Assembly: GCF_006345805.1 (NCBI RefSeq)
Contig: NC_043024.1
Coordinates: 744,001-808,000, forward strand
Origin: Octopus sinensis
Lineage: Eukaryota
Length of the DNA: 64,000 bases
Direction of reading: 5' to 3'
Both the position numbers and the translations under genes were made by a program. The notes under the pieces were generated by a model. That model saw only the letters and a program-made list of their open reading frames with translations. It was not told the DNA's origin and ran no database searches. Shown piece by piece: positions 1 through 12,931 of the stretch (its first letter is position 1; each line of letters opens with the position of its first letter).

Positions 1-203
1 ATACACACGCATATATACATGTATATATATTACACGTATATATACACGTATATCATCATAATCATCGTTTAGCATCCGTTTCCATGCTAGCATAGGTTGA
101 CATATATATAACATATATACACGTATATATACATGTATAGATATATATATATATATATACATGTATATATATATACACGTGTATATTACGTGTAAGATAT
201 ATC

Positions 204-235
<32 letters not shown>

Positions 236-362
236 ACATGTATATATACGTGTATGTGTTATATACGTGATATATACGTGTATGTATATTTGCGTAACTC
301 TCGATGCCAAAGTTCAGGACACTTCCCTCCATATATATTAGTTGTATATATACATATATGAT

Positions 363-394
<32 letters not shown>

Positions 395-3300
395 AGATAT
401 ATTATATATATAATATACCATGTATATATTATATATCCACATGTATATATACATATATATACGTGTTATATATTATATATACATGTATATATACATATAT
501 ATATACGTGTATATATAATATATGCATGTATATATACGTGTATATATATATATATACATGTATATATACGTGTATATATATATATAATACATGTATATAT
601 ACGTGTATATATATATATATACATGTATATATACGTGTATATATATATATATATACATGTATATATACGTGTATATATATATATATACGTATATATATAT
701 ATAGTATATATATACTTGTATATATACGTGTATATATATACGTGTATATATATACGTGTATATATATACGTGTATATATATACATGTATATATACGTGTA
801 TATATATATATACACATATATATGCGTGTATATATATGTATGTATGCGTGTATATATATGTATGTATACGTGTATATATATGTATGTATACGTGTATATA
901 TACGTATACATGTGTATATATATGTATACATGTATATATGTGTATATATATGTATACATGTATATATATGTATACATGTATATATATGTGTATATATGTA
1001 TACATACGTGTATATATGTGTGTATATATGTATACATGTGTATATATATGTGTATATATAGCTATACATGTATATATGTGTATACATGTATATATATGTC
1101 TATATATATGTATACATGTGTATATGTGTATATATATGTATATATGTATATATATGTGTATATATATGTATATACGTGTATATATGTGTATATATATGTA
1201 TATACGTGTATATATATGTGTGTATATATGTATACATGTGTATATATATGTGTATATATATGTATACATGTATATATATGTGTATATATGTATGTATACG
1301 TGTATATATATATGTGTATATATGTATGTATACGTGTATATATATATGTGTATATATGTATGTATACGTGTATATATATGTGTATACATGTATATATATG
1401 TGCATATGTGTCATATATACACGTATACATATATATACACATGTATATACGTGTATATATATATACATGTATATATACGTGTATGTGTATATATACGTGA
1501 ATATATATATATGTACATGTATATATACGTGAATATATATATATATATACATGTATATATACGTGTATATATATATATACACATGTATATATAAGTGTAT
1601 ATATACACATGTATATATACGTGTATATATATACATGTATATATACGTGTATATATACACATGTATATATACGTGTATATATATATATACATATGTATAT
1701 ATACGTGTATATATATACATGTATATATATATATACATGTATATATATGCTTGTATATATATGTATATATACGTGTATATATATGTATATATATGTATAC
1801 ATGTGTATATATATGTATACATGTATATATATGTGCACATGTATATATGTGTATATGTATGTATACGTGTATATATACATGTATATATATGTGTATATAT
1901 ATCTATACATGTATATATGTGTGTATATATATGTATACATGTGTACATATATGTGTATATATATGTATACATGTGTATATATATGTGTATATATATGTAT
2001 ACATGTATATATGTGTATATATATGTATACATGTATGTATATGTGTATATATATGTATATATATATGTATACGTGTATATATATGTGTATACATATGTAT
2101 ACATGTATATATATGTGCATATATATGTCATATACACGTATACATATATATATACATATATATACACATATATATAAATGTATACATATTTATACACGTA
2201 TATACATGTATATATACGTGTGTATATATACATGTATATATATACGTGTATATATGTATACATGTATATATATGTGTATATATATGTATACATGTATATA
2301 TATGTGTATATATATGTATACATGGATATATATGTGTATATATATGTATACATGTATATATATGTGTGTATATATGTATACATGTATATATACGTGTATA
2401 TATGTGTATATTTACGTTTATATATTTGTGTATATATATGTATACGTGTATATATATGTGTATATATATGTATACGTGTATATATATGTATGCGTGTATA
2501 TATAGGTGTATATATATATATATATATATATAAGTGTATATATATATAGAAGTGTAGATTTATATATATACATGTATATATACGTGTAGATATATATATA
2601 CATGTATGATGATGATGATGATGATATACGTGTATGTGTATATATACATGTATATATAGGCGTATATATATATATATACGTGTATATATACATGTATATA
2701 TATGTGCATATATATACATGTATATATACGTGTATATATATGTATATATATACGTGTATATATACGTGTATATATATGTATATATATACGTGTATATATA
2801 CATGTATATATACGTGTATATATATATATATATACACATATATATACGTGTATATATATGTATGTATACGTGTATATATACGTATACTTGTGTATATATA
2901 TGTATACATGTATATATGTGTATATATATGTGTATATATGTATACATACGTGTATATATACGTGTATATATGTGTGTATATATGTATACATGTGTATATT
3001 TATGTGTATATATAGCTATACATGTATATATGTGTATACATGTATATATATGTCTATATATATGTATACATGTATATATATGTGTATATATATGTATACA
3101 TGTATATATATGTGTATATATATGTATATATGTGTATATATGGATACATACGTGTATATATACGTGTGTATATATGTATACATGTGTGTATATATATGTA
3201 TACTTGTATATATATGTGTATATATGTATGTATACGTGTATTTATATATGTGTATATATGTATGTATACGTGTATATGTATGTGTATACATGTATATATA

Positions 3301-3576
3301 TGTGCATATATGTGTCATATATACACGTATATATACACGTATATACATGTATATATACGTGTATATATATATACATCTATATATATATATACATGAATAA
3401 ATACGTGTATATATATATATACGTGTATATATATGTGTATATATATGTATACATGTATATGTATATACATGTGTATACATGTATATATGTGTATATATGT
3501 ATACATGTATATATGTGTATACATGTATATATGTTTATATACGTGTAGATATGTGTATATTGACGTGTATATATGT

Positions 3577-3607
<31 letters not shown>

Positions 3608-3831
3608 TATATATATATACGTGTAGATATATATATACATGTATATATACGTGTAGATATATATATACATGTATGATGATGATATACGTGTATATATACA
3701 TGTATATATATATACATGTATATATATGTATATATACGTGTATAGATACATGTATTTATATATATACGTGTATATGTACATGTATATATATGTGTGTATA
3801 TATTTATATATATATATACATGTATATATAC

Positions 3832-3862
<31 letters not shown>

Positions 3863-4421
3863 CATGTATATATATTTATTTATTTAAAAAAAAAATTTCA
3901 TCTAGTTTCTGCTCACGAGCTGTGGCCATGCTGGGGCACCGCCATATATACATGTATATATACATATATATGTATATATATATACATGTATATACGAGTA
4001 TATATATAAGCATGTATATATACGTGTATATATATACACATGTATATATACGTGTATATATTTGTGTATATATATATACATGTATATATACACATATATA
4101 TACATGTATACATATATACACACATATATATACATGTATATACACATATATATATATATACATGTATATACACATATACATATACACATGTATATACATA
4201 TATATATACATGTATACATATATGTATACACATATATATATACATGTATACATATATATATACCCATGTATACATATATATACACATATATACATGTATA
4301 CATATATATATACACGTATATATATATATACACTTATATATACATGTGTATATATATATATATATATACATATATATACACGTATATATACATGTATATA
4401 TATATATACACATATACATGC

Positions 4422-4454
<33 letters not shown>

Positions 4455-5930
4455 TATATATACACGCATATATACATGTATATATATATACACATATATA
4501 TACACGTATATCATCATAATCATCGTTTAGCGTCCGTTTTCCATGCTAGCATAGGTTGACATATATATATACACATATATACACGTATATATACATGTAT
4601 ATATATATATATATATACATATATATATACATGTATATATATATATATAATATACACGTATATATATACGTGTATATATACGTGTATATATATATACATG
4701 TATGTATACATATATATATATATATATATACATGTATATATACGTGTATGTGTATATATACGTGAATATATATATATATATACATGTATATATACGTGAA
4801 TATATATATACATGTATATATACGTGTATGTATATATATACACATGTATATACATGTGTATATATATATACATGTATATATACATATATATATGTATATA
4901 TATATACATGTATATATACATATATATATATGTATATATACGTGTATATATATGTTTATATATATGTATAAATGTGTATATATATGTATACATGAATATA
5001 TATGTGTATACATGTATATATGTGTATATATATGTATATATGTGTATATATATGTATACGTGTATATATATGTTTATATATATGTATTCGTGTATATGTG
5101 TATACATATGTATACATGTATATATATGTGCATATATATGTGTCATATATACACATATACATATATATACACGTATACATATATATATATATACATATAT
5201 ATACATGTATACATTTATATATACATGTATATATACGTGTATATATATATATACATGCATATATACGTGTATATATACATGTATATATATATTTGTATAT
5301 ATATGTATACATGTATATATATGTGTATATATATGTATACATGTATATATGTGTCTATATGTATACATGTATACATACGTGTATATATGTGTATATTTGT
5401 TTATATATTTGTGTATATATACGTATACGTGTATATATATATGTGTATATATATATGTATACATGTATAAATGTGTGTATATATATATACACGTGTATAT
5501 ATGTGTATATATATATATATATATATACGTGTATATATATATATACGTGTATATATATATACATGTATATATACGTGTATATATATACATGTATATATAC
5601 GTGTATATATTTATATATATATACGTGTATATATACATATGTATATACATATATATATACATGTATATATACATGCATGTATATATATACATGTATATAT
5701 ACGTGTATATATATCAACACGTATATATATGTGTATATATGTACGTATAGATGTGTATATATATGGAGATATGTGTATATATATGTATACATGTATATAT
5801 ATGTGTATATATGTATACATGTATATATGTGCATATATGTATACATACGTGTATATGTGTATACATGAATATATGTGTATATATATGTATACATGTATAT
5901 ATATGTGTATACATGTATAGATATGTATAC

Positions 5931-5970
<40 letters not shown>

Positions 5971-6505
5971 GTGTATATATATATACGTGTATATATGTGT
6001 GTATATATATATATACGCGTAGATATATATATATATACATGTATATATACGTGTAGATATATATATACATGTATGATGATATACGTGTATATATACATGT
6101 ATATATAAATACATGTGTATATATACGTGTATATATACGTGTATATATACGTGTGTGTATATATTTATATATATATACGTGTATATATACATATATATAT
6201 ACATGTATACATACATGTATACATATATATACACGTATACATATATATACACATATATATGTACATATATATACACGTATACATATATATACACATATAT
6301 ATGTACATGTATATACACGTGTATATATATATATATACATGTATATACACATATATATATATACCCATGTATACATATATGTATACATATATATACACAT
6401 GTATACATACATATACACATGTATACATATACACATATATAGATATATATACATACATATATATGTATACATATATATATACACATATATACATACATAT
6501 ATATC

Positions 6506-6553
<48 letters not shown>

Positions 6554-6780
6554 TATATACACATACATATTTATATATATACATATTTATATATACACAT
6601 ACATATGTATATAAATACGTATATACATACATATATATAGACACACACTTATGTATCTGTATATGTGTGTGTGCATATTTGTGTATATGTATGTATGTGT
6701 ATATAGATGTGTGTGTATATATATGTATGTATATATTTGTATGTGTATATATATGTGAATAAATATATATATATGCATGC
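1..6780. repeat. Complex (TA)/(TG)/(CA)/(CG) alternating purine-pyrimidine satellite, presumably inside a TMTC3 intron
   Basis: Near-continuous RY alternation built from TATATACATG, TATATACGTG and TATATGTG units; only short unique islands (~53-101, ~290-340, ~3885-3943, ~4511-4560). Confidence 0.97.
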
Positions 6781-6822
6781 AAACACCCACCCAGAGTGCT
6801 AACAAAATGTATTTTCCTTCAG

Positions 6823-6927
6823 CTTGAAGACACCATGCGCAGTGCCCTCTTCAACTTAGCTTTGATGCTGGTGAATGATTTGAAACAACCTCAGGAAGCC
6901 ATTCCATATCTACAGAAACTCTTGATG
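6823..6927 (+). CDS. TMTC3: TMTC3 (TPR-containing protein O-mannosyltransferase) coding exon, TPR region
   Basis: ttttccttcAG acceptor (6821-22) and GTAAGT donor (6928); 105 nt, phase 0/0; LEDTMRSALFNLALMLVNDLKQPQEAIPYLQKLLM matches the recalled TMTC3 segment ALFNLALL...ALPILEELL. Confidence 0.92.
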
Positions 6928-7955
6928 GTAAGTTTCCTCTCCTGCCTTCTTGTTCTCATTGTCTTTATGACAATGGTTTCCTTGGTTCTCCTTCTTTCAT
7001 GTCAAACCCCCACTGGGATGTGAATTTGTTGATGTGTGTTGTAATTGAGCTTAAGGAGGAGCACCTTTCAGGGCCTCAGTAAAGGGTTAATTAGCATTGA
7101 CCCTTGAACCTTTAGCATTCTGCATTTTCTCTAGAATTGTTTAAAGTGTCATGGGTGCTTTTAACGTGCCACCAGCATGGGTGCCAGCTACGTGACGCCG
7201 ACAATGGTGCCGCTATGATTTCATGTTACCCCCCTTTGAGCAATAAAGAAATAAACAATATATTTTGTCAGACTAATAATTATAGATTATATATTTTATT
7301 CACTCTCAGACGTGTTGTACTTTTTATTCTAAGTTGCCAGACACAGATTCTTTGAACTTATAGCAGAAGTATGTTTATCATTCGGATCTTTAACCTTAAA
7401 TACCTAAATATCAGCTCATATGCGTGTTTTCTACAAGTGGTCATGTGATGGCTGTTGCAATCCCATCACGACAGACCAGCTTGTTGCAGGCAAATTGTTC
7501 ATTGGAGCTCAGCGTGGTGGGAAGATAAGGTTAAGTTCAGATCTCGGTATGGAGAGAGACGAGAGCTATTCAGCAGAGAGCTGTTCTCTTCTGTCGAGTA
7601 CACTTCACCAAGTTCCAACTGCATGAGAAACCAACATATTCTCTGACAAAATCATTCAAGATGTACCATCTTTTGCTGTACTTCCGTTTAAAACAAGTGT
7701 GGCAGTCAATTACAACTCTTGTCTTCGTATTTCTTTTCGCTGTTATATACCTGAATTTATTTTTGTACCAGGAAATTATAATGTTACCAGGGTCAGAGCC
7801 AAACCTACTCAACCTCCTAAAATACACACATATGAAGGAAATTTCCACCTACCAAATTCAATGCCAAGGCTTTGGTCAGCCCAGGGTTACAACACTTCAT
7901 AACCACTCGGCCACTAAACGCACCTGTTTATATTGATTTCGGTTTCTTCTTTCAG

Positions 7956-8039
7956 TATTATCCAAATCACACAAAAGGTCTTATCTTGATGGGGGACATC
8001 AACATCAACATCCTCAAAGATCTTGACGGCGCAGAGAAG
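7956..8039 (+). CDS. TMTC3: TMTC3 coding exon
   Basis: tttcttctttcAG acceptor, GTAAGT donor; 84 nt; YYPNHTKGLILMGDININILKDLDGAEK resembles recalled human [28 protein letters not shown]. Confidence 0.93.
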
Positions 8040-8067
8040 GTAAGTTCAATTGTCTGGTTTATCTGAT

Positions 8068-8500
8068 TACGAGGTGGTAGGGAAAAGTTCCCCGTCTAGT
8101 TCTATAGTGCACCAGCAGATGGCAGCACACGGCTGCGTGTAGAGTGAGAGGCAGTGTGTGCCAAGTGACATTGCTGTGTTGCAAGTTGTAAAATTTGTGT
8201 GTTTGTGATTGTGTATTTGCTGTGGTCTGTAATTTTGATCCTGGACAGGAAGGTGGGAACAAAGAGCCAATGCGAAATCTGTGTTAAACTTGCAAAGTCT
8301 GCTAGAGAGACGATGAGATTGCTTCCACAAGCTTATGGCGACAAAGCAATGGGTCATACGCAATGTCTTGAGATGCACGGGTGCTGCAAAAGTAGCAGAA
8401 CATCCCTGGGAGTCCTGCCATGACCATCACCACTGCAGATGTGGAGAAAATTCATCAGCTTTTATGCATCAGGATTGTCAGAGGACAGTCGAGGACATTT
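8068..8500 (+). mobile_element. Decayed mariner transposon, 5' part (HTH region)
   Basis: Starts TACGAGG-like; frameshifted translation EQRAN...CVKLAKSARETMRLLPQAYGDKAMGHTQCLEMH...KSSRTSL is typical of the mariner N-terminal HTH; related copy at ~35820-36300. Confidence 0.75.
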
Positions 8501-8749
8501 GGAAGCGTTTGAGGGGAGGACGCTGCGTTGCATTGTTGCAGACACTGGTCTGAAATGTATGGAGGACCTTGAGCCAGTAATGATAGGCCGAGAAGTGTGG
8601 CAGGTGCAAGACTTTGTTGCTGTGGCCTGGGTTGGAACCCCACCGTAATAGTAAATAATAATAATGCTGCCAAGTAATTTCTCTAAAATTCTAACAATTC
8701 TGCCAGCTCAATAACATTTCTCTATTAATCATGTCTGTCTCTCCTTCAG

Positions 8750-8962
8750 AATTTCCTGACAATTTTAATGAACGAACCAGGAAACGTTCAAGCCATTCAC
8801 AATCTGTGTGTGGTCTACGTGGAACGAGGAGACATCCTGAAAGCAGAGAAGTGCCTGCAACACGCCCATCGCTTGGCACCCTCAGAGTCTTATATTCTTC
8901 AGCACTTGAACATCGTTAGGAATAAAATCAAGGCTATCAAAGCGAAGAAGAAACCTCAGTGA
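8750..8962 (+). CDS. TMTC3: TMTC3 probable last coding exon
   Basis: ctctccttcAG acceptor (8748-49); [70 protein letters not shown] resembles recalled human [28 protein letters not shown]...HLNIVRDKI; TGA at 8960-62. Confidence 0.92.
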   Translation, partial: NFLTILMNEPGNVQAIHNLCVVYVERGDILKAEKCLQHAHRLAPSESYILQHLNIVRNKIKAIKAKKKPQ

Positions 8963-11900
8963 GTAGAAATTGTCAAGAAAGAAAAAAAAAAAAAAGGGTC
9001 CTACTGCAGCCAAAGACATGACTAACAACAAGAACTTATGAAATCTTGAGGTATGAAGCTAAGATTGAATATCTGATAAAAGTGATCGTGACTAATTAAC
9101 TCATAATTTAGATGCTATCATTAAGGGAATTCACACAAACAGCTTTTAGCCCCGTCTCAACATGAAGATCTTGGCTTGGAAGTGAGTTTTGACAATCAAA
9201 ACAGGATTTGTTAAAATGTCTGCAGCAGATTGCAGCCATGTGGATTTCTCTTCTGTTAAAATTCCTGTCATGTATTTTTCACTCAGTGATGCCAAATGGT
9301 TTTAGTGAAGGTGTCGTCTGCCAAATACAAAACCCCAATTAACCCCTGCGATACACACCTTTGATAACATGTTGTCTACCTATCACATTCCACACCTATT
9401 CCCCAATACACACACATAGCACTTGACAACACTGTGTAACATGATTCTTGTCCTTCAGTAGCAACTGTTATTTCTTATGTGCTGACCCTTAGAAAGTATG
9501 AAAAATGGCTAATATTTCCTTAAAACTTTGCTTTTGTTACATTTATTCAAACCCCAAAGAATTTCTCTCTTAACACATGGCTATGATGCTTCCCCCACTA
9601 CTCCTGATCAGAGATGCACAGATTGTCAGTGAAATGATTATGGTCAAACGACTGACAAGCAAATCTGTGGCATTGAGCAGAACATTTGCTATAACGATAT
9701 TTCTGCTTCAGCCACTCGGTACTAAATCTGTGTGAAATGTAATGGAGAATTGGTTAGTTTCAAAACATTGATGGCCAGGTCAAAACAAGCAAAGTCTGAA
9801 GGAAATAGTAATCTTTTCCTTTGATTTCTAAATCGAAGCAAATAAGAAATAACACTTACTGACAAAAGAATTAAAAAAAAGAAAAGGGAATTTGTTAGTG
9901 TTATTTATGTTGTCAGGTGATGTGAGAAGTAAATTTTGTCTTGGCTGAATGGGTTTACCTGGGTCATCTCTCAATCTAAAACAAAACTGGGGAAGTAATA
10001 ATCATGTAAAATGTTTTTCTTCTCCAAAACCAACAATTTCTGTTTTTTTTTTAATACCAATCACAAACTCCAACTGATTGAAAAAGTTGATGTAATCAAA
10101 GACGGTTCCAATTGGAGAGATTGGTTATTAGAGCAGAGTTGGAAGTGCTCAGAGACAAGGTGTCCTGATAGCACCTCAATCAGGTTTGGTGACACTCAAA
10201 TTCAACCTTCCTTGTCACCTGTAAGTTTACCTGAAGACATTCATGTTGATCAACTCATTCTCTCATCATTGTTAGTTGCTTGTATAATAATGTTTCATTA
10301 ATTAACAATCAGGATTCAAAAAAAAAAAAACTGTGTATTTTTAATAACAGTTTGATTTAGTTCCATGATGCAAAAGGCTCCCAGCATCTGTTGAAATTGA
10401 TGTGCCATATGCATCCAGAAAACTTTAGCATTTCAATCAGCCACATCCAGCCAAAATATTCCTCCTGCTTTTATAACTGGCCTCTCCCATTTATCCTACA
10501 ATACCATTCTAAAAAGTTAATCACACTATTGAAATCTCAAAGCTATGAGATAATCCAGGATTAATTCAAAACCTTTTCTAACCTTTTACCATTGAGATTT
10601 ATTCTATCCAATGTAATGCTTATTTACTCACATTGTCTTAAATTATCCATCATCATCTTGTTGATCTCAGATTTTGATGATGTGGTTAAGAACATTGTAG
10701 GGGACATGTGAAAGGCCAGATCTGGCTGGTTGAAATAACTAAGCACAAGCTGAATGCTAAACTGTTAAGTCATGTGGAGCTGAGCAAAACCATTGTTATG
10801 AAAAACGTAACATCTACCGAATGTGTTGAATGCTACTTTCCCGCGTAAATACACACACACACACACACACACAATATATTATGTTTCTTTGAGTAAATGT
10901 TCAGATGTAAATATTTTCAAATCATTGAAAGAGAACTTCAATTTTTTTTTTTTAAACTTAAATCCTTACAGTTCTAAATTTATTTTTGAAATGTCTTTTC
11001 CATGACCGTCTGTTATCAAAGGCTTTAATCACGCCTGTGTTGGTCGTCAGCCACACAAGTAATTCACAAATTCACATCCCTCGCACACAAAAAAAAGAAT
11101 CAGCCTTAATAAAGACCCACACGTCACCCCCTCCCATCGGTCCCCCACCCTTCTTTGTTATGAACAATGAAAGTCCTTTAAAGAACAAAAATTCTGTAAG
11201 GTAACTTTGTCTTTGTGCCTCGATAAAAATGAAATATTTAAATTTTCCTCTGCATCTCAAATTTTTTGCATTTTCTGGTATCCCCCCCCCCCTGCTCGCA
11301 TCGCAAATATTTAAAAGTAAAAAAGAAAGAAAAAAATCGATGGTAATGTTTGTTTCCCCCCCTCCTAACATGGAGGAAATCTTTCTTTACTCATTTTGGA
11401 AAATAAAATTTTATTTTCTATATATAGTTTTTCCGTGAGTTTTTTTTTAACCCTATTTCTTAGGTACATGTGGGGTTAAGTTTGCTTCCCTACCACATGG
11501 TTGCAGGTTCAGTCCCCTTGGGGCAAGTGTCTGCCCCAACAGTTCCGAGCTAACCAGAGCCTCCTCGGAAGTATATTTGGATGCAATATGTATGTTTTCT
11601 TCTTGTTTCAGTCATAAGGTCGTGGCCATGCTGGAGCACTACCTTAAAGGATTTTAGTCAAACAAATCGACCCCAGTACTTTTTGCAGCCGGGTACTTAA
11701 GCCTACGAAACTAAGTTAAGAGACTCGAATCAAACTGTTTTAAATAAGGTCACCCACCTATGTAGCTTGTTTCAGTTTTTTTCTTTTAACTGCAGCCATG
11801 CTACAGCAATTTAGTGTGCATTGAACCACCCCCTTAATACTCAAGTAATACACATCTCTTCCAGGAGAATGCGTTATGTTTGTGAACCAGGTGACACTTG

Positions 11901-12925
11901 CCATAGATTGATCTCTGATGATAACACCAGTTGATGAGGAATCAAAGATTCTGCTTGAAGGGCAAAAAGATTGCTCCAGCAAACATCGAGAATGCTCAGG
12001 ACAACTTGGGGTCTCAAAATGAAATCTGTTCTTCCCCCATTTGTTCTATTATGCCTTTATCACAATGTTCTGGGAACCAAACACCTGTGATAAGCAAAGA
12101 TGAACAGACAAAACAGTGCCAAGATGTCAACTACTGACTGTTCCACTGTCTACCTCAATATCCATCCATGTTACCCCAATAATAACCATGTCAACACTGA
12201 GTGGAGAAAACACATGCCATAACATCACTTAACCCTCCTACGACCACCTCCTGGTACTCTGATGCCAAATGTTTGGTTTGACCCTTTGGCATTTAAAACT
12301 GGTCATACCCAGCCAAAATATTGTTTTATTCTCAAACCAACCAGATCCAACCTCTCACACCTACCCTACAATGTCATTCTAAAAATAAACAATCACACTG
12401 AAATCTCAAAGCTAAGAGAAACTGCAGGACTCATTCAAAACAATGTGAGTAAATAAGCATCACATTGAACATTCATCTGAATCGGCCACGTCCAGCCGAA
12501 ATATTCGGTTCTGAGCTCAAAATGGCCAGAGTCAGCCTCACACGAACCCTATTAATGTCAATAAACCATCCCATCATAGAAATCTCAAAGCTACGAGATA
12601 ATGGAGGATTAATTCAAAACAATATGAATAAATACGCATTACATTGACTGATTTATCTAAATGCTAAAGAATTAAAAGCATCTTACTCTAAACTTTCCAT
12701 CAAAATTTCAGGTTTATGTTTCAGACAGGATCTCCACGGCAACAGGCATTTTGCTAAATACTTTGTTAACTACAAAATAATTAAGACAAAAAGCAGAGTA
12801 TTTCAAATGAAATAGGGTCAAGAAATGGTGAAACAGGGTCAGGAAAGACACAACAAAAACAAAAATACCAATTTAGATATTTGCAAGAAGATCAAAATTA
12901 TGATCTTATTTTTTTTCTTCTTTTC

Positions 12926-12931
12926 TTTATT
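12926..12931 (-). promoter_or_regulatory. Candidate CNOT2 polyadenylation signal AATAAA
   Basis: Plus-strand TTTATT at the boundary between the UTR-like low-complexity tract (12.9-16.0 kb) and MITE-rich DNA; other sites are possible. Confidence 0.4.

Noticed and set aside
62-6805. Dozens of long ORFs (up to 615 aa) rich in Y, I, T, H, V, C and M
   Set aside because: Every stop codon contains two adjacent purines, so strictly alternating RY DNA is open in all six frames. No splice or domain evidence supports them.
11855-12137. ORF 11931-12137 as a further TMTC3 exon
   Set aside because: The nearby AG acceptors meet stops before this ORF in the frames examined, and the peptide is not recognisable.
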